A stretch of DNA of 64,000 bases from a candidate division NPL-UPA2 bacterium Unc8 (lineage in GTDB: Bacteria; NPL-UPA2): the NCBI GenBank assembly GCA_003574845.1, contig NDHY01000002.1, positions 16,317 to 80,316 of the forward strand, given 5' to 3'. Below, in pieces: positions 20,109-29,849 of the stretch. Every line of letters begins with the position of its first letter. Position 1 is the stretch's first letter. A program made the position numbers and the translations under genes. The notes under the pieces were generated by a model. That model did no database searches, was not told the DNA's origin, and was given only the letters and a program-made list of their open reading frames with translations.

Positions 20109-22911
20109 AACTCTTAAGTCCGGAAGCCACCGACATGTTGCACACCGCCGGGTTCATCAGGACGTTAACCGGGGACTCGGCGAAATGGAAGCTCATACAG
20201 ACCAGACCCGGCGGAACGCGGTCGGTAAGATTTATCTTAGATTTAATTGAGCCGCGGCGGGAAGTCACTTTAACGGTATCCTCGGCATCTAACCCCAGTC
20301 CCTCTGCGTCCTGTGGATTTATTTCCATCCGCTCTTCTTTGATGAGGCTGTTCAAGCCATCGGATTTACCCGTCATGGTTCTGGTATGGTAATGGTAGAG
20401 CTTGCGTCCGGTTGTCAGGATGAAGGGATAGTCTTCATCGGTAGCATCAGCGGCCAGTGGTCGGTATTCTACAGTGGAGAACTGGCCTATGCCGCGGGCG
20501 AATTTGCTTTTGTGCAGTATGGGTGTGCCGGGATGGTCGATGGCGGTGCAGGGCCATTGGAGTCCGCCGGCATCAAGTCGCTCATAGCTCATGCCGCCAA
20601 AGTAGTGTGGTGTCAGCTCTCTTACCTCATCCCATATTTCTTCAGCAGAACTATAGTTCCAGTTAAGGCCGAACCTGTTGGCCAGTTCCTGGATGATTTC
20701 CCAGTCAGCTTTGCTGTCGCCGCGCGGTTTGATGGCACGGCGGATGAGCTGTACCCGTCTTTCTGTATTGATGAAGGTACCGTCTTTCTCGGCAAAGGAG
20801 GCTGCCGGCAAGACAACATCGGCGTATTGAGCGGTTTCGTTCAGGAAGATGTCTTGGACTACCACGAAGTCCATATCTTCTAAGGCTTCACGAACAAGTT
20901 CAGCCTGTGGGCTGGTAAGAACAGGGTTTTCTCCCATGATATACATGATGCGACTGCGCCTGTGAGGGAAATAGTGGAACATCTCAGCTATGGTGCGGCC
21001 GGGCACATCGGAGAGCTCCACTCCCCACGCCCTGGAGAACTTGGCGCGTATCGTATCGCTGACACTCATATTGAGTGATATAGGCTCATCAAACTCTATA
21101 CTTTCAATAACCGAGCTATCAGCCCCCGCCTCCTCCCGGCTGACGGCTGACGGCTGACGGCTGACGGCTCCCTTGAGCCGTTGCCAGTAGGTACCCGTGT
21201 CTCTGTCGCTGTGTACTGGCTGGTAACCGGTCAGGACGTTGGGCAGGCAACCCATATCGCAGGCGCCCTGCACGTTGTTTTGGCCGCGCAGCGGGTACAT
21301 GCCGGCATGTGGTTTACCCAGGTTGCCGGTGAGCAGGGAGAGGTTGGTTAGGGCGACGACATTTTCGGTACCGCAGGTATGCTGTGTTACGCCCATGGCG
21401 TAGAAGATGGAGCCGCTGTCAGCTTGAGCAAAGAGCCGGGCGGCGGTGATAATTTTTTCTGCCGCTACTCCGGTTATTTTGGCGACGTAGTCCGGTGTGT
21501 ATTTTTCAACCATTTTTTTTAGGTGTTGGAAATCCTGAGTGCGGGTCTCAATGTATTCCTGGTCTTGAAGCCCTTCTTTTATGATTACGTGCGCCAGAGC
21601 ATTGAAGAGGGCTATGTCTGTCCCGGGCTTGAATTGCAGGTGTACGTCGGCTATTTCTGCCAGCTGTATACGGCGCGGGTCGGCAACGATCAACTTAGCG
21701 CCATTCCTGACAGCCTGGCGTATTCTGTAACCAATAACAGGTTGACTTTCGGTGGGGTTAATGCCGGTTACTAAAATGGCCCCGGCGCCTGCTATCTCGT
21801 CAACAGTATTTGTCATTGCTCCGCTGCCTAATACGGTGGCCAGACCGACCACGGTGGGGGCATGTCAGAGGCGTGCGCAGCAATCAATACTGTTGGTGCC
21901 CAGAGAGCGCAATAACTTCTGGAAGAGGTAGTTTTCCTCGTTGGTTACCCTGGCTGAACTTAACCCGGCCAGGGCTTCGGGACCGTACTTCTCCTGCGCT
22001 TCCTTAAATTTGGCTGTCACCAGGTCGAGGGCTTCATCCCAGGTGGCTTCCACAAAGACACCGTTGCGCTTAATCAGAGGGGTGGTTAAGCGATCAGGAT
22101 GATTGACAAAGTCATAGCTAAAGCGCCCTTTCACGCAGAGCTGCCCTTTATTGACGACACTATCACGGTCGCCGCGGGCAGAGACTATTTTGTCTCCGCG
22201 TATGCCTAGATAAATCCCGCAACCGGTACCGCAGTAGGGACAGATACTCTTCACTTCACGCTCTGGCTTCCGCATATTTTGGGGGACTAAGGCGCCCACC
22301 GGACATCTCACAACACACTCTCCACAGGACTCACATCTGGATTCTACAATGGGTTTGTCCTTGAGGGTGCTGATTCTGGTATCAAGTCCCCGAAAGGCAA
22401 AGTCGATCGCACCGACTCCGTTAATCTCTTCACAGGTCCGCACGCAGATGCCACACAGAACACACTTATTGGGATCACGGATGAAGAAGGGATTTGAGTC
22501 ATCAAGGGGAAGGTCTCGGGCAGTTCGCTTCAAGCGCTGAAGACGTCCTTCCTCGATGCCGATATAGGCGGCGATATCCTGAAGCTTGCAATCCGTGTTC
22601 CGGGCACACTGGAGACACTCGGAGTAATGGTTTACGATGAGCAGTTCAGCGGCGACTCGACGCATCTTATCTATCTCCGGACCTTCCGTCCGCACCGCTA
22701 TCCCCTCCTCAACCGGCGCCTTACAGGAAATGGTGAGACCCCTTCCCTCGATCTCAACGACGCACAGACGGCACCCTCCGAAGGGCTTTAAGTCGGGGTG
22801 ATAGCAGAGATGCGGGATATAGATGCCATGATCGAGTGCCGCTTGAAGTATGGTATCCTCTTTGTTCGCCATAACCTCTAAGTCATCCAGCTTAAGAACA
22901 ACCTTATCCAT
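20083..22911 (-). CDS. fdhA: Formate dehydrogenase catalytic subunit (molybdo/tungstopterin, NuoG-like N-terminus), selenocysteine-containing; TGA at 21865-21867 is read through
   Basis: Track ORFs 21865..22950 and 20083..21852 are in the same frame, separated only by TGA. The junction reads [33 protein letters not shown], the canonical Sec active-site motif of FdhF/FdhA. An fdhF-like SECIS hairpin sits 12 nt downstream. The likely start is the ATG at 22911, overlapping the upstream NuoF-like stop as ATGGATAA. Confidence 0.85.
21138..21165. repeat. (GGCTGAC)x4 heptanucleotide tandem repeat inside the fdhA coding sequence
   Basis: Direct reading. Encodes the low-complexity segment GAVSRQPSAVSREE. 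The unit length is not a multiple of 3. Confidence 0.9.
21836..21852 (-). promoter_or_regulatory. Candidate SECIS element: hairpin GUGGUC-GGUCU-GGCCAC starting 12 nt 3' of the UGA
   Basis: 6-bp stem (one G-U pair) with the apical loop GGUCU, the same loop sequence and spacing as the E. coli fdhF SECIS. Confidence 0.55.
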
Positions 22912-24754
22912 GAATCTTAACCTCCCTTCCTGGAATAATTTCCACCGCACCGAAGCGCTCCGGGCATACGCTCAGACATACCCCGCACCTGGTGCACTTG
23001 TCCTGGTCAATTACATGAACCTCCTTCTTGCCGCCTTTGATTGCTTCGACGGGGCACTTGCGGAGGCAGATCATACAAGCCTTACATTTATCCGACACGA
23101 TAATATAGGAAATAAGCCCCTTGCACACCCTCGCTGGACACTTCTTTTCGAGGATATGGGACTCATATTCCTCGCGAAAATAACGAATGGTACTGAGGAC
23201 CGGGTTCGGTGCGCTCTGTCCCAGACCACAGATCGAGCCTATTTTAACGCTCTCACCCAGTTCAATGAGCAGGTCGATGTCCTCGATCCTGCCGTTCCCT
23301 TCCGTTATAGCGTTAAGGATCTCCAGCATTTGCACGCTTCCCAAGCGGCACAAAGAGCACTGTCCGCATGATTCCTTCTGGGTAAAGTCCAGGAAATAGC
23401 GGGCGAGATCAACCATGCAGGTATCCTCATCCACCACCACCATACCCCCGGAGCCCATCATCGAGCCAGCGGCGGTAAGCGAATCGAAATCAATGGGGGT
23501 ACCGAGCAGGCCTTCAGGCAGAACGCCCCCCGAAGGCCCCCCGGTCTGCACCGCCTTAAAAGTCCTGCCGCCGGGGACCCCTCCCCCGATGTCAAAGATA
23601 ATCTCACGAAGGGTGATTCCCATAGGCACCTCTATAAGCCCGCAGTTTGTTATCTTACCAGTCAGTGAAAAGATGGCCGTTCCTTTGCTCTTCTCAGTGC
23701 CCTGGCTGGCAAACCACTCCGCCCCTTTATTGATAATCCAGCGAATGTTGGCGAAGGTCTTAACGTTATTAAGAAGCGTAGGCCTACCCCACAATCCCAC
23801 CTCGGTGGTGCGGGGACGAGGGAGGGGCTTGGGCATTCCCCTCGCCCCCTCAAGGGAGAGAGTCAAAGCAGTGGACTCACCACAAACAAAAGCCCCTGCA
23901 CCCTGGAAAATCTCAATATCAAAACCGAATCCATTGCCTAAAACATTTTCCCCCAGAAAACCCCGCTCCCGAGCCTCGGCGATGGCAATCCCGAGACGTT
24001 TTACCGCCAGGGGATATTCCGCCCGGACGTAGACATAGCCTTTTGTCGCTCCCACGGCGTAGCCGGCAATGATCATCCCCTCTACGACTGAGTGAGGGTC
24101 GCCTTCCAGGACCGATCGGTCCTGGAAGGCCCCGGGGTCGCCTTCATCGGCATTGCAGACTACATACTTCTCGTCCCCCGGCACGCGGCGACAGGCCTCC
24201 CACTTCCGCCCGGCAGGAAAGCCGCCTCCTCCGAGTCCACGCAGCCCCGAGCGTTTTACCGCCTCGATAACCTGCTCCGGGGTCATCTCAGATAGAACCT
24301 TGCGTAGTGCTTGATAACCGCCGACGGCAAGATAGTCATCAATCTCCTCAGGGTCAATATAGCCGCAATTCTTGAGCACGGTGCGCTGCTGCTTGTTATA
24401 GAAGGTAATGTCGCGGTGATGAGGTATTGCTCTGTCAGTAACCGGATCGCGGTAGAACAGTCGCTCGATCGGCTGTCCCTGCGGCAGAAGCGACCGAGCA
24501 ATCTCCGGTGCATCGTCCACCTTGACCTCTGAGTAGAGAAGGCCCTCGGGCTCGATAATGACAACAGGATCTATTTGGCTGAAGCCACGGCAGCCGGTGT
24601 GCTTCACTTGAACGGTACCTGCCAAATCTAACCGTGCTATCTCCTCCCTCAGCGCGGCTGAAATTTGTTTGGCTCCTGCTGATATGCAGCATGTCCCCTG
24701 ACCGAGCAGGACAGTCCTAACCGGCATCTTGTCCCTCCTTTTTGGTGGAAGCAA
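22904..24754 (-). CDS. HydB/HndC/HylB-type NuoF-like subunit: N-terminal thioredoxin-like [2Fe-2S], FMN/NAD(P)H core, C-terminal 2x[4Fe-4S] ferredoxin
   Basis: 616 aa. N-terminal CxxC pair, GLGGGGFPAGRKWE, CGQCSLCRLG, then CKACMICLRKCP and CTRCGVCLSVCP. Confidence 0.85.
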   Translation of the reverse strand: MLPPKRRDKMPVRTVLLGQGTCCISAGAKQISAALREEIARLDLAGTVQVKHTGCRGFSQIDPVVIIEPEGLLYSEVKVDDAPEIARSLLPQGQPIERLFYRDPVTDRAIPHHRDITFYNKQQRTVLKNCGYIDPEEIDDYLAVGGYQALRKVLSEMTPEQVIEAVKRSGLRGLGGGGFPAGRKWEACRRVPGDEKYVVCNADEGDPGAFQDRSVLEGDPHSVVEGMIIAGYAVGATKGYVYVRAEYPLAVKRLGIAIAEARERGFLGENVLGNGFGFDIEIFQGAGAFVCGESTALTLSLEGARGMPKPLPRPRTTEVGLWGRPTLLNNVKTFANIRWIINKGAEWFASQGTEKSKGTAIFSLTGKITNCGLIEVPMGITLREIIFDIGGGVPGGRTFKAVQTGGPSGGVLPEGLLGTPIDFDSLTAAGSMMGSGGMVVVDEDTCMVDLARYFLDFTQKESCGQCSLCRLGSVQMLEILNAITEGNGRIEDIDLLIELGESVKIGSICGLGQSAPNPVLSTIRYFREEYESHILEKKCPARVCKGLISYIIVSDKCKACMICLRKCPVEAIKGGKKEVHVIDQDKCTRCGVCLSVCPERFGAVEIIPGREVKIHG

Positions 24755-25190
24755 AGATATCCGTCACCTTCTTAGGAGTCAATCGACCATGAACATCCTT
24801 GTTATTAATTATTATACAGGGCGCCAGCGCGCAACAACCAATACAGGCGACGGTTTCCAGGGTGTATTCCAGGTCGGATGTTGTCTCTCCCTCCTCCACA
24901 GCCAGTTGCCTCTTTACCTCATTGAGAATCTGTGGGGCACCTCGAACATGGCAAGCCGTTCCGCGGCAGACCATGACCCGGTTTCTGCCTATGGGGGTGA
25001 AACGAAATTGGGCATAGAAGGATGCTGCACCGAAGACTTTGCTTTCGGTTACTCCGCAAAGCTGGGCGACCTTGACCATCTCCTCTTCGGGAAGATAGCC
25101 GAATCTTTCCTGAATTTGCTGCAGAATCGGTATCAGCTTGCCTCTCCCTCTCTTATAGGATGATAAAATCTCTTTTAGACGGTCTTTCAT
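24717..25190 (-). CDS. NuoE-like [2Fe-2S] subunit (HydC/HylA-type), second copy
   Basis: 157 aa. VCRGTACHVRGA and ACIGCCALAPC are NuoE-family cysteine motifs. Confidence 0.8.
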   Translation of the reverse strand: MKDRLKEILSSYKRGRGKLIPILQQIQERFGYLPEEEMVKVAQLCGVTESKVFGAASFYAQFRFTPIGRNRVMVCRGTACHVRGAPQILNEVKRQLAVEEGETTSDLEYTLETVACIGCCALAPCIIINNKDVHGRLTPKKVTDIFASTKKEGQDAG

Positions 25191-25249
25191 AATCTTACTC
25201 CAGTTTTACCCATTACCTCTTCCTTCCCTCAGCCCGTCTTTTTCTCTTC

Positions 25250-26137
25250 CTAAGCCAGTCCAGCGGACAGCTTAGCGGCTCTTACTGTGTTTAGCATAAG
25301 CATGGTTATGGTCATCGGTCCCACCCCACCAGGTACCGGGCTAATAGCTTTAGCCTTCTCCTTAACCGCATCAAAGTCAACATCCCCAGCCAAAATAGCT
25401 TTGCCTTCCGCTGTTTTTCCAATTCGGTTAACGCCGACATCAATCACCACCACTCCTTCCTTAACCATATCAGCAGTTATCGCTTTAGCTCTACCAGCGG
25501 CTACAATCAGTATATCGGCTCGCCTGGTATGAAAAGCCATGTCCTTGGTTCGGGTGTGGCATATAGTCACCGTAGCATTAGCCCCCTCTTTCTTCTGGAG
25601 AAGGATATTGGCTATAGGTTTGCCCACGATGTTGCTTCTACCCACCACCACTACTTCCGCCCCTTCAATCTTAACCCCGGACCTGATTAGAAGCTCCTGA
25701 ATTCCGTGTGGGGTGCAGGGCAGGTAATCTGGCTCCCCTATCATTAATTTGCCCACATTCACCGGATGAAAGCCATCAACATCCTTTTTAGGGTCAATAG
25801 CGTAAAGAACCCTGTTCTCATTGATATGCTCGGGCAAAGGTAACTGAACCAGAATCCCGTGAATCCTGGGGGCTTTATTTAACTTATTAATTAGAGCCAG
25901 CAATTCTTCTTCACAGGTGTCGACCGAAAGGTCGTGTCTTTCCGAATAAACACCCAGGGCGTCACATGTCTTTCCTTTCGCTCCAACATAAACCTGGGAT
26001 GCCGGGTCTTCACCCACCAGAACGGTAGTTAGTCCTGGTATGAGATTATGCTTTTCCTTGAGTTCAGCGATTTCTTGCTTTAGCTCCTGGCGAATCTTCT
26101 TTGCAATCTCAGTGCCACTAATAATCTGTGCTGACAT
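25250..26137 (-). CDS. folD: Bifunctional methylene-THF dehydrogenase / methenyl-THF cyclohydrolase
   Basis: 295 aa with an FolD-typical N-terminus and NADP-binding region (VVVVGRSNIVGKP). Confidence 0.9.
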   Translation of the reverse strand: MSAQIISGTEIAKKIRQELKQEIAELKEKHNLIPGLTTVLVGEDPASQVYVGAKGKTCDALGVYSERHDLSVDTCEEELLALINKLNKAPRIHGILVQLPLPEHINENRVLYAIDPKKDVDGFHPVNVGKLMIGEPDYLPCTPHGIQELLIRSGVKIEGAEVVVVGRSNIVGKPIANILLQKKEGANATVTICHTRTKDMAFHTRRADILIVAAGRAKAITADMVKEGVVVIDVGVNRIGKTAEGKAILAGDVDFDAVKEKAKAISPVPGGVGPMTITMLMLNTVRAAKLSAGLA

Positions 26138-26170
26138 TTTTACCCCTCTTAAATTTAATCTAAGATTCTT

Positions 26171-26749
26171 TTATTTTGACCCGCTTCTTATGAGAGCAAT
26201 GGCTTCTGCTCTTGTTTTCTCATTCTTCTTAAATATTCCCCTCACAGCCGAAGTTGTAGTGAAAGTGCCTGGTTTTTGGATGCCGCGCATACTCATGCAA
26301 AGGTGCTCAGCTTCAATAATAACTATTACCCCGCGCGGTTTGAGTTTTTCCATAATTACATCAGCAATCTCAGAGGTAAGCCGCTCCTGAACCTGAAGTC
26401 GCCTGGAGAGAATCTCTACCACACGAGCCAATTTACTCAATCCTGTAACTCTTTTGCCTTGTGAAATATAGCCAACGTGTGCTTTTCCATAGAAAGGAAG
26501 AAGGTGATGTTCACAGATAGAATAGAGAGGAATGTCTTTTATTAGGATGATTTCATCATATTCTATTCCTGTGGTAATCTTTATCTCCTTGCCTGCGTCT
26601 CTACCTATGCCCGAGAAAATCTCTTCATACGTTCTGGCAACCCGCGCCGGCGTTTCAGCGAGTGCCAGACTTTTTGGGTCCTCTCCAATTGCCTTGAGGA
26701 TCATCTCAACTGCCTGTTCTATTTTATCTTTATCCATTTTTGCTACCAT
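26171..26749 (-). CDS. folE: GTP cyclohydrolase I
   Basis: 192 aa with the [16 protein letters not shown] active-site signature. Confidence 0.9.
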   Translation of the reverse strand: MVAKMDKDKIEQAVEMILKAIGEDPKSLALAETPARVARTYEEIFSGIGRDAGKEIKITTGIEYDEIILIKDIPLYSICEHHLLPFYGKAHVGYISQGKRVTGLSKLARVVEILSRRLQVQERLTSEIADVIMEKLKPRGVIVIIEAEHLCMSMRGIQKPGTFTTTSAVRGIFKKNEKTRAEAIALIRSGSK

Positions 26750-26846
26750 TAAAGCGTCAAATTTTACTGTTCCCCTCCACTATTTTGGCTCTTCCCTAAT
26801 TCTCGCAGCACGAAGCATATAAGTATTCTTTCTCTGCTTCAAGCAA

Positions 26847-26874
26847 GGGGTTCTGGTTTGCAAACCAGAACCCC
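26847..26874 (-). terminator. Perfect 12-bp-stem palindrome GGGGTTCTGGTTTGCAAACCAGAACCCC downstream of dodecin; probable (weak-U) intrinsic terminator
   Basis: Direct reading. Lies 68 nt 3' of the dodecin stop on the minus strand, followed by UUGCUU. Confidence 0.4.
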
Positions 26875-26896
26875 AGTGCTAACAGCCTACCTTTGT

Positions 26897-26932
26897 GTCT
26901 TTGTCTTTGTCTTTGTCTTTGTCTTTGTCTTT
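26897..26932. repeat. (GTCTTT)x6 hexanucleotide microsatellite in the dodecin 3' UTR
   Basis: Direct reading: gtctttgtctttgtctttgtctttgtctttgtcttt. Confidence 0.9.
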
Positions 26933-26941
26933 GACCTTAGA

Positions 26942-27148
26942 TTAAGCTTCTAAAACAAAGATAACCTCTATCCTGACCCTGTATTCCTCTATCTTATTTT
27001 CTTTAACATGAATTCTGGACTCAATAATCCGCAATCCAGTGATTCCTCTAAGGGTCTTAGTAGCTCTTTTAAATCCCGTTTTGATTGCATCATCAAAACT
27101 TACCGGTGACCCCGCGACAATTTCCGTAACCCTTGCTACTCTTCCCAT
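26942..27148 (-). CDS. Dodecin (small flavin-binding protein)
   Basis: 68 aa from the internal Met. RVTEIVAGSPVSFDDAIKTGFKRA...IEEYRVRIEVIFVLE matches the dodecin fold consensus (V.EIVG.S...DAI...R...L...V...V.F.LE). Confidence 0.7.
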   Translation of the reverse strand: MGRVARVTEIVAGSPVSFDDAIKTGFKRATKTLRGITGLRIIESRIHVKENKIEEYRVRIEVIFVLEA

Positions 27149-27219
27149 TTTCTCTTCCCTCCTATTCCTATTTGCCCACAACAACACAAAACATCCTCCT
27201 TCCGCTAAATTTTACTCAC

Positions 27220-27513
27220 TTACTCCAGACTTGCCTCAATATAAGCTATTAATTGCCCGATCTCAATTATTACTTTCTGGATTACTTTCATCTTGTCAGA
27301 TGGGTCAACTGAGGATGTATCCTCAAGCTCGGAGAAGGTAGCAATAAGGACATCATCTTCCTTCTTAAAGATTGTTTTTGCTTTTTCTAATAACCGATTA
27401 TACCTGTTCACGAATGGAGCGGCGCTATAGTATCCCGCTCCACGTTGCTGAATATTTTGCAAATCAGTAGCTAATGCTTTGACCATTCTTAAGAGCACTT
27501 TCTTCTCGTCCAT
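27220..27513 (-). CDS. Hypothetical protein (~97 aa from MDEKK...)
   Basis: ORF only, with a codon-usage-consistent frame. No family recognised. Confidence 0.35.
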   Translation of the reverse strand: MDEKKVLLRMVKALATDLQNIQQRGAGYYSAAPFVNRYNRLLEKAKTIFKKEDDVLIATFSELEDTSSVDPSDKMKVIQKVIIEIGQLIAYIEASLE

Positions 27514-27685
27514 TCCGGTATTCCTCCTTTGAAAGGTATTATAGCATATTTTTTCCGCTCCTGACAATCAAAAAATTATAAGATGGGCGAGTTTTTAATT
27601 TGTAGACCTTATCTTATTTTTGTGATATTATCAAGAAAAATAAACTTATGCGAAATCAAATAAAAGGAGGGGGTGGATTTTATTC

Positions 27686-29032
27686 ATGAAACTCTGGCAG
27701 AAGAATTATAAAATAAATAAAGAGGTAGAAAGATTTACCGTTGGGGAGGATACCATCCTTGATAATGAGCTTATTTTTGCTGACGTCCTGGGAAATATTG
27801 CTCATGCGACAATGCTTTCCAATATAAACATTCTTACCAAAAGTGAACTTAAGAAAATAAAAAAATCTTTACTGAAGATATTGGAACTTGAAAAAAGCGG
27901 CAAGTTTATCATCAGAGATGAGGATGAGGACATTCATACGGCAGTTGAGAACCATCTGACCAAAACGCTCGGAGAAGTAGGGAAAAAGATTCATACTGGC
28001 CGCTCCCGTAACGACCAGATAATGGTTGACCTGAGACTTTACAGCAAGGAAAAGCTGTTGAATATTGAGAAAGAGCTTCTTCTTTTCTGCCAAACTCTCC
28101 TGAAATTCTCTCGCAAAAATGAGAGGGTTGCTATGGCTGGCTATACCCACTCCCGCCATGCGATGCCTTCCTCAGTAGCACTATGGGGAGGCTCATTTAT
28201 GGAGTCCTTACTTGATGACCTCATTCTTCTCAAAGCTGCCTATGAGATAAATGACCAGTCTCCATTAGGGTCGGCTGCCTCATATGGAGTCCCCTTGAAC
28301 ATAGACCGCAAATTTGCCTCAGAGCTGCTTGGTTTTGGCAAAGTCCAGAACAACGTCCTGTATGTCAGTAATAGCAGGGGGAAAATAGAATCCATCATCC
28401 TGGGGACCCTTTCCCAGATAATGCTTGACCTTTCCCGTCTTTGTGAAGACTTGATTCTTTTCACGCGTGAGGAATTTAACTTTTTTTCACTCCCTGATGA
28501 GCTTTGTCCCGGCTCAAGCATAATGCCGCAAAAGAAGAACCCTGCACCTCTTGAAATTGTAAGAGCCAAATCCAGTACAGTTAGCTCTTATTTATTTCAG
28601 ATAACAAACATTGTGCAAAAGCTTCCCTCAGGTTACAGCAGCGATTTGCAACTCACCAAGGGATCGTTGATGAAAGGGATGAGGGATACGGAAGGTTCAA
28701 TAAAAATCTGTAATTTGATTATGTCAAACCTGATAGTGAATAAAGAAAAGCTGACCGCTGGACTCAGTGGAGAGATTTTTGCTACCGATGAGGTATATAA
28801 GCTTGTTAAAGAAGGGGTTCCTTTCCGTGATGCCTACCGCCAGATTGCAAAAAATATTAAGAAATTGAAAGTTAACGACCTTCAGGAAGCTCTTCTTTCC
28901 CGCAAACATATTGGCGGAACAGGAAATCTTGGATTAGCGCTTATTGAAAAAGAAATCAGAAAAAATCTGACACTCCTGACAAAAAGAAAAAACCAGTTTG
29001 AGGCAAAAAAGAAAGAACTACTTAATCTCTGA
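27686..29032 (+). CDS. argH: Argininosuccinate lyase (fumarate-lyase superfamily)
   Basis: 448 aa with HTGRSRNDQ and the lyase signature GSSIMPQKKNPAPLE. Confidence 0.75.
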   Translation: MKLWQKNYKINKEVERFTVGEDTILDNELIFADVLGNIAHATMLSNINILTKSELKKIKKSLLKILELEKSGKFIIRDEDEDIHTAVENHLTKTLGEVGKKIHTGRSRNDQIMVDLRLYSKEKLLNIEKELLLFCQTLLKFSRKNERVAMAGYTHSRHAMPSSVALWGGSFMESLLDDLILLKAAYEINDQSPLGSAASYGVPLNIDRKFASELLGFGKVQNNVLYVSNSRGKIESIILGTLSQIMLDLSRLCEDLILFTREEFNFFSLPDELCPGSSIMPQKKNPAPLEIVRAKSSTVSSYLFQITNIVQKLPSGYSSDLQLTKGSLMKGMRDTEGSIKICNLIMSNLIVNKEKLTAGLSGEIFATDEVYKLVKEGVPFRDAYRQIAKNIKKLKVNDLQEALLSRKHIGGTGNLGLALIEKEIRKNLTLLTKRKNQFEAKKKELLNL

Positions 29033-29036
29033 TTTA

Positions 29037-29849
29037 ATGATAAATCTTCTTCTCTTTGTCATTACTATTGGTTCCACTCTCTTTGTCGGTGCAATAGGTG
29101 CCAATGGTAATCCAATTAGGAATATTGGTGATATTCTCCTGGGAATACCATTTTCTTTTAGCATTATGAGCATCCTCTCCTTCCATGAGCTTGCTCACTA
29201 TGTCGCTGCTCGATTTCATCGGGTAAAAGCAAGTCTTCCTTACTTTATTCCTGCTCCCACACTCATTGGAACACTTGGTGCGGTTATTGTAATGAAATCA
29301 CCTATGCCCAATCGAAGGAGCCTTCTGGATATAGGAATAGCAGGTCCCATAGGAAGCTTTGTTCTTTCAATTATATTTCTGATTATTGGACTTAACCTGT
29401 CAACGGTAAATATTACCGCACCGGAACCAGAAAGAATTGCACTTGGAAGCTCAATTCTTTTCTCATTTATAGCAGATCTGATAAAAGGGCAATTACCCGA
29501 TGGTTATCACATCATGCTTCATCCCATTGCCTTTGCTGGCTGGATTGGGCTGCTGGTAACAGGATTAAATCTTATCCCTGTCGGACAGCTTGACGGAGGG
29601 CACATCGCTTATGCACTGTTAGGTAGATGGCACGCTACAGTTGCTAAGATTGTATTTGTTTCTCTCCTTCTTCTTGGTTTTTTTACATCCCGCATCTGGC
29701 TCTTCTGGGCATTCTTAATATTTTTTATGGGGCTGGAGCATTCTCCACCCATTGATAACATAACATCACTGGACGGAAAAAGAAAAATACTGGCTATCTT
29801 TGGTCTAATAATGCTTATCGTGAGCTTTGTTCCCGCGCCGATAAAATGA
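29037..29849 (+). CDS. Site-2 protease-like M50 family membrane metalloprotease
   Basis: Polytopic membrane protein with HELAHY (HExxH) in a transmembrane helix. Start chosen at the Met just after the argH stop. Confidence 0.7.
   Translation: MINLLLFVITIGSTLFVGAIGANGNPIRNIGDILLGIPFSFSIMSILSFHELAHYVAARFHRVKASLPYFIPAPTLIGTLGAVIVMKSPMPNRRSLLDIGIAGPIGSFVLSIIFLIIGLNLSTVNITAPEPERIALGSSILFSFIADLIKGQLPDGYHIMLHPIAFAGWIGLLVTGLNLIPVGQLDGGHIAYALLGRWHATVAKIVFVSLLLLGFFTSRIWLFWAFLIFFMGLEHSPPIDNITSLDGKRKILAIFGLIMLIVSFVPAPIK

Noticed and set aside
26847-26874. tRNA-like element at the GGGGTTCTGG...CCAGAACCCC palindrome
   Set aside because: It is a simple perfect hairpin with no cloverleaf, T-loop (GTTCRA) or CCA end. 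Interpreted as a terminator or regulatory palindrome.
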